A DNA stretch of 62,415 bases, counting the filler, from Platydemus manokwari (taxonomy: Eukaryota), in the NCBI GenBank assembly GCA_037951405.1. It is 6 parts of 6 records of this genome, joined end to end, with 100 filler letters (N's around TTAATTAATTAA, not from the genome) between each part and the next. Parts side by side here need not be neighbours in the genome. Positions count along the whole stretch, not along the records: positions 42,757 to 51,499 come from JBBMOY011357094.1; positions 51,600 to 62,415 come from JBBMOY011103776.1; 4 more parts are not named here. One strand, 5' to 3'. Shown one piece after another: positions 46,477-59,941 of this stretch. The notes under the pieces are model-generated. The model had not been told where the DNA came from and searched no databases. It saw only the letters and a program-made list of their open reading frames with translations. Numbering within the stretch: the stretch's first letter is position 1; each line of letters starts with the position of its first letter. Both the position numbers and the translations under genes were made by a program.

Positions 46477-47508
46477 TTAGTTCAAACTGTTTACCGAACC
46501 TAATGGTGCTGAATAATTAGTGATTGACTTTTTCAATTTTCTATGATACATTTCTGTGATAGGTCTCTCCATCAAATATGGTCGCCGTCTAATGGAACCG
46601 TTTGTTTGATTGTATTCCATAGTGGAATTGTTCCGTTTGAAAATTTGTTCGGTGAATATACATTCATTGTATAATTTTGGGATTTTTATTTTGAATAAAT
46701 TCAATGCTTGAACATTGATCAAGTCACTAGACGAATTAATTCTTATCCGAATACAATTCGTGCCTTTATAACGGAAGACCTTGAGATTATCGGGAAAATT
46801 GAAAGTACATTTTGTACTTTGCTCAATGGACATGAGCCGACGATCTTTGACCAATATCTTTTCACTTAAATTCATAATGGTTTTGTTTTGTATGTGATTG
46901 TGCAATAAATTGTTCAATTCATTCCAAATTTTTTCCGTTTTCAACAAAAAATTCAACGAACAAACCGGTTGTGAAGAAATTGATTGATGAGTTTCACTTT
47001 TTAATGAATAAAAGCTCGTTGGTTTTTTAATCAGTATTCGTCCATAAAATTGGTTACAATTTTGTTTTTCATCCACAACTTCTACTTGACAAACATTGTT
47101 TTCAAGTTCATTGGATAAATTATAGAAAATAACGGGATTGGTGGACGATTTGCAATATTGAGTGTCATCTAATTCATATAGGCATCTTTGATCGTCATCG
47201 TCTTCAGCATAGACAAACGTTTCCGTTATGGACGTATAAGTACAAATAGTATCGGTTTCTTCCTTTATTAAATCATTGACAATGATAAATAATTGCTGAC
47301 ATAATAAACAATTTAAAACTACATCAATTGATTCATGGAATGGATTCCAAGGGCTGATATCCAATGATGTAATGAGACTGGAATTGAATTCAATTGTATC
47401 GTTGTCGTCGGATTTTATGGATTTATTATTTCTATAATTATTTGTACTAGTTAGACTGACGATATTACAGGAAAACAAAGCATTATCAGTAATAGCATCT
47501 AGTGACAT
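46477..47508 (-). CDS. Uncharacterised protein, ~343 aa (single exon or long terminal exon)
   Basis: More than 1 kb stop-free frame in very AT-rich DNA; first ATG at 47508; non-repetitive sequence; no family motif recognised. Confidence 0.75.
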   Translation of the reverse strand: MSLDAITDNALFSCNIVSLTSTNNYRNNKSIKSDDNDTIEFNSSLITSLDISPWNPFHESIDVVLNCLLCQQLFIIVNDLIKEETDTICTYTSITETFVYAEDDDDQRCLYELDDTQYCKSSTNPVIFYNLSNELENNVCQVEVVDEKQNCNQFYGRILIKKPTSFYSLKSETHQSISSQPVCSLNFLLKTEKIWNELNNLLHNHIQNKTIMNLSEKILVKDRRLMSIEQSTKCTFNFPDNLKVFRYKGTNCIRIRINSSSDLINVQALNLFKIKIPKLYNECIFTEQIFKRNNSTMEYNQTNGSIRRRPYLMERPITEMYHRKLKKSITNYSAPLGSVNSLN

Positions 47509-48034
47509 TCCAATCAATTATTTAATTGATTCATTAATGGATTTTATTAAAGCAAGTTAATCAATCGAATGTTTTTATTACAATTTCGAAGAAGATTTAA
47601 ATTTACTGAAGTTGATATTCAAATTTTTTATTCTAACCCGATAGAGATATTTTTCATCAAAGATATCATTGCATTGTAATTGAAAACATGTTATCTCTAA
47701 TTTTATTTTCAATAATCGTAATTAAAAATAAATTGTAAAAAAGATAAATATCAAGAACTAAATAATAACATCATTTGGTTACACATTGGTACTGGATTGA
47801 TTCTCGCTCTGTTTTATAATGGTATTATTTATGTAGGTATATGGTTGGAAATATTTCACTACATGATTTTCAATACTTTATTACACAAACATCTTTACTA
47901 GTATTGAATATTTTCGAGTATTTCTGATTATGCCATGTCTCTTAAAAAATTAATTAGGCTCTGATTCCAAAATAGTAGGGTAATATTATATTTGCTTGTG
48001 TATTATTCAATACATCTACACATAAACTATACTT

Positions 48035-48400
48035 CACAAAATATCAACCAAAATTTGGCTTCCAATTGGCAGTTGGCCATCTTTATATCGATATTTATAT
48101 TCGGGATTTGTATGTAATTTTTTGTGTCATATAGTATCATATTTTGATGCGATCTTTGCTTTTCCATGTTCTAATTGGGTTTTTAAGTTTTTGCATGAGT
48201 GGGATTGGTCAATCAGTATGTATGCGTTGTTATGCAGCTATGACTCTTTTTTCATTTGTCTTTTACCATGTAACTTGACTATAATTGGCTAATTGCTAGC
48301 CTGTTTGGTTGCGTAGACATGCAAATATTATAAGTGCCGAAACAATGGTTCCAAATTGCTATTCAGTTTATCTTTTCGCAGAATTTCATCTTACTTAACA
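48035..48400 (+). repeat. Dispersed repeat family B, copy 2
   Basis: Aligns by eye with 28310-28650. Confidence 0.75.
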
Positions 48401-48570
48401 ATTGATCGAATTCTTGAAATTGATCTAATGTTGGGAACCAAAATAATAAATATAAAATAAAATAATGTAATCTATAATAATATAATCTAAGAAATATATT
48501 TATCCTGCCCACGTACTCCCACACCAGCCCAAATTAATAATAATAAAAATAATAATTAAAATCATGATAC

Positions 48571-48664
48571 ATCACCATGGTGAATTAATACGTCGCCATG
48601 GTAACAATGATAATAATATTGAAATAAACATCACCATGGTGATTTAATATATCACCGCGGCAAC
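48571..48664. promoter_or_regulatory. Cluster of four X-box (RFX)-like palindromes
   Basis: ATCACCATGGTGAA 48571, GTCGCCATGGTAAC 48592 (consensus X-box), ATCACCATGGTGAT 48630, ATCACCGCGGCAAC 48651. Function is inferred. Confidence 0.4.
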
Positions 48665-50919
48665 ACCAAAAAATTCCATCATCAAATCCCACGCACGCCC
48701 ACATTAAAAATTTCTTGCCTCAATACATCATTGATTGGGATTAAAAATTTCTACAGAATTTTTGCCTCAACAATTTATTCATCACTACAGTCGTAAATTG
48801 GATAATTTTTGCGTGGATTTATTGAGGAAAATTGTATTCATCAAAGCCTCACTGTGTTCGTACGTTGGAATCTTTATATATATAAAGCGTTCAAGTCTCA
48901 TCAAATTTAAATCGGGATGCAATCGGTAATTTTTGTAATTAATTATATGAGTATCGTACAAAGTCGAAAGAGTTTGTACTGATACTCATTACTCCAAATC
49001 ATATAGCGGGACAAGGGCGGAAGCATTTGTACCGAGTCATCCGTGCGCTGTAAAACCGCAAAGATTTGCAGACGTCATCTTTAATTAACAAGTTAAAATC
49101 ACATCTCCTTTAGTTTATCGCCCGAAGTATGGCTGCACTTAGTTCCTTACGTCGGTTTGTTTTCAACTCTTCAGGACACGACACTACTCTGTCAAATTCT
49201 TGCACGACACGTTCGTTAATTTTTATTATAATAAACGTATTGTATTACGATTTCGTTATCATTCATATCATTATTATATTTAACAGTACCTGAATAACTA
49301 CACGCAACCTATTTACTGATTAAAGTCGGATTATTGGTGGAATCATCATTACTCCGGTTCTAATCATCACTCAATAGCGCACAGATAATTCATCGAGTTC
49401 TGCTAGTTGAATTATCTCTTAGAATCACTCACCAGATACTACTTAGCAGAGGCTAGTAGGATTCCATCACTGCTATACATTTCGAATAATAATTATAAAT
49501 AGTACTTTACAATGTCAATAAGTACACAAAGAAAGAACAACTTCCAGACAATTTATTAATTTATATGATCTCTTCTTATTAATGAAACAAAATCAATACA
49601 AGGTGGGTGACATTAAACCTGTACATATGAAATATACTGCAAAATCAATATAATCTCTTTACTTATTTGTTAAATATTTTAATTTCTTTAACATTACATC
49701 ATAATAAATTGTGGAAAGATCAAGGCCAATAGCTTTGATAAGATATAATAAATAATTATTACAGATACACATTGAATTTCATGAAAACGCTATGGCCTGC
49801 CCAATGTATTACAATATCTGAAAAACCCCAGAGCTATGACTTTATACTTTTATAAACAAGACAAAGCAATTACCTTGAATATACCGTCGGTATTTGTTTA
49901 AGTTTTTGAAAATGAAAAGACTATGACTTTGATTGGGATTTATGCCAATTTTAGGAACAGACCTGCTATGTGTACCTTATAAAACATAGTTGTGCGAAAA
50001 TTGCATAAAACGTTTCATATTTAGTAAGTTTTATTTATTTAATCAAAACTAGTGTGTATCATCAGTTATTTTCACATTTATTTCTTATGTTATCTTTTAG
50101 CGTAATATATAAATTTCAAGCTACCAACTCAAGTGCAGAACCTGCTTATATTTTCAATAGTTAGGACTTGAGAAGTATGACGGTTCCGGTAAATAAAGTT
50201 TGAGAATTTATAAGTAACATTTATTCTTGTAGTTATTTCATTTATTTTTATATCAACTGACATTATTATACATTTCAGGATTGATGGTTTTATATTTACT
50301 ATCAACTTTCTAATCTTTTACAACTCTATCGAATCTTAAATGAACTTTGGAGTTCTCAAATAAAATACCATCCATCTAATCACGGAGAATTTTACTCTAC
50401 CATAGTGGAATTAATTGCAGAGAATTTCTTTCTGCCACAATAAATTCCAGTGCGATAAGCATATATGCACTAATTCAAATAAAGCAGTGACCGTAAACAT
50501 TACATGCACAATAACAAAAGCGAGAACATGAAATTCAAGGTTATTCACTGCCGGGATTAGGATTAGGATATGCCCAGTATTTTCTACCGGAAGATCAAAT
50601 AGTAAGATGATACATTTAAAATCACATATTAATATATATATATATATTGCATATTCTCCCTATTTATAAGGCAGAAGCCCAAAAACCCTCTTGAAGAGGA
50701 CAATTATCCAATATCTTGCTGGTCAGTGATCTGCCCTGAATTGTACGTAAATCCATCGCTTAAGCGTATACATGTAGCACTAAAATTATAACTATATAAA
50801 AGTATTAAATCCTATATAAAGTTATAAAAGTATTGAATTTGTAATATAATTGTAATACATACTTTGGTGTTAAAAATTAGTTTTGATATTCACTTAGTAT
50901 TTAGCTTTTATAGGTTCCA

Positions 50920-51110
50920 TAAGTTCATCATTAAATATTTCATTATCATTCATCACCTTTTGAAGTTGTCCTGGTGCATTATTAAATCAATTGAAGCGGA
51001 TAGTAAAATCAATAACATCGTTGAGACAATAACAATATAGGCATTGATAAGGCTCAAATTATTAAACAAATCGTTATCAGCGCCGTTCCACTAGCCTTCA
51101 TGTAAGTTGA
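50920..51110 (-). mobile_element. Gypsy RT fragment
   Basis: FNNAPGQLQKVMND resembles the RT GLxNAPxTFQRxMN motif. Confidence 0.45.
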
Positions 51111-51499
51111 GAACGTTGAAGCGAAAAAGAACATTAGATTAATGTCTAATTATTCCCTAAGGGCCAGGCGGACTATATAGAATGATAAAGACGTTGATAG
51201 CAATCAATCAAATTCAATAATAATTAAATCAAATACCCCAAAAAGTAACAGTTGAACTGAAACTTAATTTTAAGCTTTATTTGCAATTTTTCACAAATTT
51301 AAATTGATAATGGTCGTTATGTTTGTTATCAAAAAAATATGTTAAGCTATTTGTGCCCTTGATTATGAAAGTGGTATAAGTCATATATTTCTTGTTTGGA
51401 GATATTAAGGGATTTGCATGTCAAAGAATTAAAAAATATTTGTGTATTATGGAATGAAATATTTTGACAATTAATTAGCGCCGGTAAATCAGCATTTAA

Positions 51500-51599
51500 N
51501 NNNNNNNNNNNNNNNNNNNNNNNNNNNNNNNNNNNNNNNNNNNTTAATTAATTAANNNNNNNNNNNNNNNNNNNNNNNNNNNNNNNNNNNNNNNNNNNN
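51500..51599. other. Assembly gap with TTAATTAATTAA linker
   Basis: Same structure. Confidence 0.99.
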
Positions 51600-53249
51600 A
51601 ACAAGAGCACAATGTAGTTGTACCTATCTTGAACTTTGAGTTAGTTAGTTAGCTAGTTAGTTAGTTAATTATAGGATTACCATCATCGCACACGAAATGA
51701 ATATTGAAAAAATATCTCAAAACTCAACAAGTTTTCAAATAATTTTAGGTTTTCCTTCAATTTATAGTTATAAAGAACGGGAAGAAAATATTAATCACTG
51801 CCACTTTAATGAATGAAATGAATTTTGAACATCAAACAATCATTAATGAAGAACTTAATTTAATTTAAGAAAATAAAACATATATATAAAAACATAACCG
51901 AGTCAGTCACATGCATTTAGTTGATGGATTTTACAGATATGAATATAATATCCTTATTTTGAAGAATGATTCTTCTATAATTTCCGAACCAATGAACTTT
52001 GTTTAAAGATATATTTTCATATTTATGACGTTTAGAATTCTACCAATAGAATGCATTTAATGGTAGATTAAAGATTCAACTAATTAATTCATGAGAGGTT
52101 TCTATGAGAATTTATAATCTTTCAAAGATCTCTTCAATATAAATCAATTGTGTATTGTTCGATATGAAATTCTGGTTTCACGCTAGAGAAATTAGAGAAA
52201 TTACAGATATTATTCTTGCTTTGATATGTTAGACATTGTTTATAATATATTTTCAACAATATTAAAATTCCTATTTTAAAAGTTCAAATTTTGGATACGA
52301 TTTGAATAAAACAGAATTGATTTTAATCGGGCCAATAATATTTAGGTTGTCAATTTACGAATTCAATTTATTTCTAGATTCAGAAGTTATTTTTTGTGTA
52401 AGCTATTGTTAATTGGTACGATTATTTAAAATTCTGTTTCCGTTTTGCAATCATCTCTCCCTCTCACTATGAAATAATAGAAAATTTTCCTGTCATATTT
52501 CCATACTAACAAGATACTTTGATATATGATTCCAGGGACTCATGGTAAATAAATGTCTTTGAGTGATAAATTTATATTTATGGTGGACGTTATCAATAAT
52601 AATAACAATTACATTACACAGGTATTTTGACTCTTAAAATCAAATTGCATCTAAATAAATCTCTCGACCTTTAAAAATGAGCTTGTAGGTGGAGTTCGAA
52701 AAATCAACGATACAAATCTAGAGAATGCATTAAGATTCCAGTGACGAATATGTCGAAATTCTATCAGGATTTGATAATATAAAATGAGTCAAGATCGATA
52801 AAAATCACCGGATAGAAAACCAGGCAGCGAACCTTTTAATAATTGTTTTTATTTTACTGTTAATTAACATGAATTCTATTTGAGTGTAATTTCCAATTCT
52901 ACTGACCTTGCAATGGTAAAATAATAAGAATATTTTTATAATTTCAATTTTGTTTTTATGTTTATAACCGACCAGAACATAAAAACAAGAAACAGATTTA
53001 TTATTAATAATATTTGGTGATGTTTATAATAATTTTTTATAATACATTTATTAATTTAATTCTTCAAAGTACACATTTCAAGATCATTATTTTAGTAACA
53101 TAAATCAATCTGGTTTTTAAAGTGATTGTAAAACACCATTTTTGAAATATAATTACTTTCTAAAATGAATCGTATTGGCGCGAGTAGATTTTTATTTTAT
53201 AAAGAATTCCATTTTGAAATTAATTTTAAAATTATTAACTTTCTATACA

Positions 53250-53540
53250 GTTCTTCGTCAATATCATGGAGATGTGTCCAAGAGTTAATCAAGAGTTTGA
53301 GATTGACCCTGATCCACCAGTTTTAATGCGATCTAAAAGAAAAAAAACAAAATTGCTTTTAAATCCGATGAATTTGAAGCCTATGGTTTAAATAACCGAT
53401 GACGAGTCTGTAATAATGTGGTGGACTTTCATACTGGATGATCACACTCCAGAATCCTGCAACATCTAGAAGGACATTTTGAAGCATGGAGAGATAATTG
53501 TCATTGTCGACAGCTGTCCTGAAGATGAAGGGTGTAATAA
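53250..53540 (+). mobile_element. Possible hAT C-terminal dimerisation-domain remnant
   Basis: SDEFEAY...ITDDESVIMWW...KDIL across frameshifts. Confidence 0.3.
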
Positions 53541-54344
53541 ATTATTGCATATAAATGTAGTTCATTTTTATTTTATATGTTTGTTTCCGCTGGCTTGCAA
53601 TTTTCAAATTAGGCATTAAATTTTAATTACATAATCTCTTAATTATCTGATCCGATGTGTATCGATTTATACAATATCTACTCACAAGAAACTGAGAGTA
53701 ATAAACCATTAAAATATCGCTATCATTGATAAAATATTGTAAATAATTATGTAGAATTATTCATTTCCATTTCCTTTCTAAAACACAGGTTGCCATTGCT
53801 TACTTGGATCGGTTAAAGTCTTTGAAATGAAAATCATTAAATATTTCAAAAGAAATGACAAAATTAAAACATTCAAAAAATCATTTCTGAAAATTGTTCA
53901 TTTCTCCACTTCAAAGTGAACAGCATGGATACAATTTATACGTAATCGTATTGATTTCCCCAAACCGGTATTAAAATTATTAGAATAAATCCATTTATTC
54001 CAATAAATGAATTCAATTTCTAAAGCGCAAATGTTAATTTATTCACTAAGATTTCCAAATTGATGATGTGAAGAGTTAATTACTTATCATAAATCTAGTT
54101 AACCTACTTTGATGCATTCCGACCAAAGCAATTCCAAATGAAAAGTATTTCCATTGGATTGTTTTAAATGATGAAATGTTGTCTTAATTAACAATGGAAT
54201 TTGGTTAGATATTTTTGAAATTAAATCTCGAATTACAAGATCAGATGTTTAACTTAAATGTGTCCCGAAATTTTGGTAGAAATTCTTAAATATACCGAAG
54301 TTAATTACAAAATGAAATTTATTAGTTAAAGGATTTATTAATAT

Positions 54345-54860
54345 AATGAAATAAATTGAGTGGCTTAATTTATAAAAGGAGATCTGAAAATAAAATTTTA
54401 AATTTGTTGAAAGTATTTCAAAATTTTATGTAGATTATTCCATTATATTAATTAATAAAATTTTGAATTTATTATCTGAGTACTTTAGAAAAATTTTGGT
54501 TATTTGAAATCAAATATTAAATACATTAGAACTTTAAAATTTACTTATTTGAAAAAAGAAGATTTATTGAAAATTAGAGATGACCCTTTTTGTAAAATAG
54601 AAGCAAGTTGAGATAAACCCCAATTTTTTACAATTATTTCATAAAAATAAATAATATTGGATTATTAAACAAACCAGGAGTTTACTTATTCAGTTTATGA
54701 TTAAAAATTTTAAATTTAAAAAATCCAAAAACAATATAGAAGTGTTATCATTAAAATTAGGATTTGTTTTAGTAATTTTATTTTGTTCGTATTCGCCAAT
54801 TTAAGCGAGCTATAAATTGAATTATAAGAATAAATTAAAAATCACAAAATGGTAAAAAAT
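54345..54860 (+). repeat. Dispersed repeat family A, copy
   Basis: Collinear with 57895-58410 (for example TTTGAAATCAAATATTAAATACA, GACCCTTTTT). Confidence 0.75.
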
Positions 54861-55822
54861 CTAATCAAAGAAATTCAATATTTTTCAAAAAAATTGTTAT
54901 TAACAACAAAGGAAAAAATTATAAAATAAACAATAAATTAACATTTAAAGTATTAACTTTATATTTAATCGATGATAGATGAGGTTAGATCAATCATTTC
55001 TAATATTATCATCATCAAGTTTCATTGAAGGTCTTATATGGTGCCTTCTTTCTTTCAAGGGGAGGAAATCAAATATGAATTTGATCGACAATTTAACCAA
55101 CGATTTAACCGAGTCAAATTGATTTTGAGATCGAAAATTATACTCAACAGCATTACGAAGGAACGTAATTTTGAATTGAAATAATCACGAAATAAGAGCT
55201 GGTAATGTTCAGTAATGCCGACTGTCAGAAGATTAAAATTCGATGATCCGAAGAAACGAAGAAAGTAATTTTTGCCGGAAGTTATGATTACTGGAAAGCT
55301 AGATCTTTTCTAGAGTGGTGTATATTGTAACCAATATCTGTAAGAAAGATCAATGCGATAACGGATCACAAAGTTTAGTTTACGACTTAAAATAAATAAG
55401 TTCCTATTTGGAGACAAGTTTTGTTGGCGTACCGTTTTAAATTAAAATACCGAAATGGGAAAATAGGCAACAATGAAATTAGCTTATTTCAAACCAATGA
55501 AACAATATTGTAAAAATATCAATAACAAAAATTATTAACAAAAAACAAACAAAAATATCAAATTAATAATAAAAATTAATAGCTTGGTAATTATGAGTAA
55601 ATAACAAGAGTAACAAATAGATTTCAAATTATTCATCAGCAAAGTTTGGTTGTTGAGATTTAGCTGTAGAAACTTATATTATTTTACTATAGCAAAGAAA
55701 AGTTATTCAGATTATTTCAAATTTGTTGAACAAAGAAAGTTAATGGTATTTCAAATTGTTATAATAAAATCCTGCAATACATTAAATAATTCTTCTAAAA
55801 ATAAAACACTAATAAAATTTTG

Positions 55823-55868
<46 letters not shown>
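55823..55868. repeat. (CA)n(TA)n microsatellite
   Basis: Directly visible. Confidence 0.95.
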
Positions 55869-55869
<1 letters not shown>

Positions 55870-57894
55870 ATACAGTGAAAAATAAAGCACAGCACTAACA
55901 CTTTAAAAATACATATTTATTTTAAGATAACCAAATTGTTTAAGTAGAATAAAATAATAAATAATAAACAAACTCAAATACAAAGTAATGACAATTCCTA
56001 AGTTACCATGACAACTTACCGAGTTGTTACGACAATTGAGTAAGGAAAGTAAATGAACACCCAATCAGAGGGAACACAACTAAAAATAGCATAAAATTTA
56101 GAATAAAAGGCAAAACAAATTAGAAAAAACTTCACAAATAATTTTTACAAATAGAACATAACTTGACAATTGGACAAACTGAATTCTGACCTCGTTATGA
56201 GCAATTTTTATTTATTGTTACTAATGATAATTAATTTTAGTAATACATGAAAAGATTATTAAATCATAAAGTTACCACAACGAGGTTCTGAAAGAAAATT
56301 TGACTTCCTTCTAACTTTATATTTCTACAGACCTTCTTTTTTCAACAGAGCTAGCTGGCAATAGTTCCAAACTCTGGTTTTTTAATCATTTTCTGGGAAA
56401 ACAGCGTTAACAAGTATAAAATCAATGAAGCTTAAAACCACCTTGTGAAATGCTATTATTAAAAAGTTTACATTTCTTATTGATTGAATAAAGATTATCG
56501 ACTTCAATTATTTATCTATATCAATATTGCTGGAAGTCGAATTTATACACGAAATATAAGCTTTGGCACTATGACTAGTCAGATATTGGTGAAATTGTCT
56601 TTATAAAAATATATCCATCTTCACAGCTAATAAATTATCACCTACATCATCAAATTCCATCGATATGCTTTCAGTGTTAAATTAATCACGAACATCTCTA
56701 AATTAAGAAAACCTATAACTAGGTAATTATAAAACTAAATGTTGTTGATGGGTTATACAGAATAGGGAATATGAAAATAACAAATATTAAGGAAATACAA
56801 AATGGCCAAACACAGGATTTAGCATTGAAGTTCTTTTACCGTGGAATAAGATTATCTGAGAGTGATTGATGAAAAAAATATGCTGAAAATTGAGAGTAAA
56901 ATTATAATTTATAAAAATATACACTAATGACTCTGTGCATACAAAGGGAAAAAATATGAATATCAGTACGAACAGCCACTTGAAATCAAATGATTGTGTA
57001 AATTTTAGTCATATAAAATAATTTAAAAATCAATTTAAATAGGATTGTATTTATGCTAAAAAATATCAATGAAGAATACAATTTTCTGTTATGAAAATAA
57101 AATTAATCTTTTGGATTAAACTTTCTAAATTGCAGCAGCTACCGAAGTTTAAATTCAACTTATATATTCTATCAAATATTTGTGAATAGAATGACTTTAT
57201 CAACAGAATATCACAATGATTTCAAGGAATGAATGTGCTGTATGAATAAATTGATTTTATAAATATTAAATGTTATTCCTTGAATTTTAACAAATGAAAA
57301 TCAAACTGTTGCCAATCAAATAGCACTTTGCAAATATATAAGGTATAAATCTCTTATTCCACACACACATACATCGTAAAATTTCGAACGAAAAGCCTGA
57401 ACTTAAGCCAATAAGTACTTAAGGAATACCTAAAATTTGGAAACTACAAAGAGAAATCTTGAGAATTGATGTTTGAAGGTTGGTCAAGTATAACAATGAT
57501 ATATCTCTAACTGAAGTAAAACTCAATGGAATTATTTCATAAGCTATTAATAACGATTTCATTCTGTCAGTCAGAGCTGGTGAAATGTATGGATTTTAAT
57601 GTCCGGGGAAGTAATTAAATTAGATTAGTTTTGCTGAATAAATGTATTTATTGCTACCTTTCATGAAAATTGATAAATATTATAACAAATATGATTTCAA
57701 ATAAATAATTCATATATTTGTTTAATGATAACTTTATCTGACTATTCGTTTGCGAGATGAATTTACAACAAGCACAGTTTCCTTAATTTAATATTGAATT
57801 AGTTTTTTGTTTATTAGAAAACAATTCTCATGGATATTATGACAATATAATTAATTATAATTGTTAGCTTCTGTTATTTCTTAAAATACAAAAA

Positions 57895-58410
57895 GGAGTT
57901 TTGGCTAAAGTTAAAAAAGGGTCCCAAATTGAAATTTTAAATTTGTTGAGTGTATTGCAAAATTCTATATAGTTTATTTAATTATATTCTTTAAAAACAT
58001 TTTGAATTTTTTTATTTAAGTACTTAAGAAGAATTTTAGCTGTTTGAAATCAAATATTAAATACAATGGAGCTTAAAAATCTCCTAAAATTTGATTATTT
58101 GAAAAAATGAAAAAAGTAGATAGAATTGTAATTTTTTGAAAATTCACGAGGACCCTTTTTTAACATTGGAAGCAAATTGTGAGTTAATCACAATTTTTAC
58201 AAGTATTTTATAAAAATAAGCAATGATATTATTAATTATATTTGTAATTAACAAACTGGATTTATAATTATAAAAATTTAAATTTAAAAACTCAAATAAT
58301 CATATAGAAATGTTGTTATTAGAATGGGAACTTGGTTTAAAAACCATGTTTTGTTACTATTTGACATCTTACATAAAGATATATTAACTGAATTATACGA
58401 ATAAATCAAA
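57895..58410 (+). repeat. Dispersed repeat family A, copy with internal inverted repeat
   Basis: GTTAAAAAAGGGTCC (57910) pairs with GGACCCTTTTTTAAC (58150); collinear with 54345-54860. Confidence 0.75.
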
Positions 58411-59941
58411 CATAGCAGTTATATATTAAATTAAGTTATAAAATTATCTCGTGCGCGAAAATTCATTATTGCGAAAGTAGGTCAAAGGTCAAATTATTCA
58501 ACTTATAAGATGGTAAGCTGATTTGAAAGTAAAAATTTTTCTAAATCAAATTTCTAATTTACTCGAAACAATGACAACATATTTGTATTATTTATTTCAA
58601 ATTATATATATTCGTTATCCATCTTTAAAAATTCTGAATCTTTGACAACGTTTATCTCAATCCGTTTCAATCTGGATATTTACCGGAAATAAAATTTTCC
58701 TCAGACTGCATTGTTAAGATCAAACCATGAAATTAACTGTTAATAAATTCTGTGAAAATATAGTTCAAAATCTTATCACGAAAGAGGAAATCTTGAAATC
58801 CAATTCCATTGCACAAATGTCACTAGCATTCTCGTGCGTTTCAGATCAGATTGAAATTAAAATTGAGATCAATTTAAATGCTAAACAAAATAAAAGCTGA
58901 AAGAACATTTTCGTGAAGTACGTGTTCGATTTTATGAGATAGTTGTGTGTGTAAACATAATTTTAAAAAAAGGTAGTGACAAGAACGCTTATAAAATCAA
59001 ATAAATCACTGAACACAATGATACAGAAATATGGATCAAATCAAATACTAAAGTAGATTAAGAAAATATTTGTAAATAGCAATGGTTTTCTTCTATTAGT
59101 CTGCTCAATATTTTACTAGAAGATTACTCACTTATTTTTAATCAATATAAAAGTGCAAATCTCTTCAGCAAAACGAAAACCAAAACGATTTACAAACGTA
59201 TTTGCAATGTGTGTTTATTTTGTTATTTATATATCGGGATTTTTCGAATTCAACCCCAAAGAACATATCATTATTAAAAGATCGAGACCATGTAAATGTA
59301 GATAGAATTAAATTTTGAAATAAAGTGATACAATAAAGACATTCTCATGGATAGTCCAAAGCTGATTAATAATGGATTCAATATTATGAATAATTTTCTA
59401 TCATCAATGGAGATAGGAAGAAAAAAACATCAAAATATTAAAATAACTTAATATTCTTCGGAAATTTCTGATGTAATTATATAAGGATCATGATCAATAT
59501 ATGAAGGCCATTCACGGGATATATCATTTTCAAGGGTCTAATCTGCTCCACAAACCTTCCATTAAACTGTAATTCTTAGGCTAAAGTTATAGGAAATATT
59601 TACAGGCATCATCGAAACTCAACGGTCCTCTTTGAAGTCGAAACAAAGAATATTATGTTTTAAGTTGGGAACTTGAAAAGAAACCTTGTATTTCAGCAAA
59701 TTTCTTATTCGTAATATAATGTACGGCTTATGCGGGTTAATACATTGAATTTTGGAATATTTGGTGGCATCATGAACCAACTATTTTTTTAAAATTTCCA
59801 TTCACTAACACTGGTACTGGATGTCTACCATAATTGGTTCCTTATCAATATATTACTCATATCTATAATATATGTTGAGTTTTTGAATTTATCACAGAAT
59901 TAATAAAATGAATGATATATTCCTTAGAAAATAAGCTATAC

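Noticed and set aside
51639-51667. (TTAG)n as a telomeric repeat
   Set aside because: A short simple tetranucleotide microsatellite, not TTAGG or TTAGGG.
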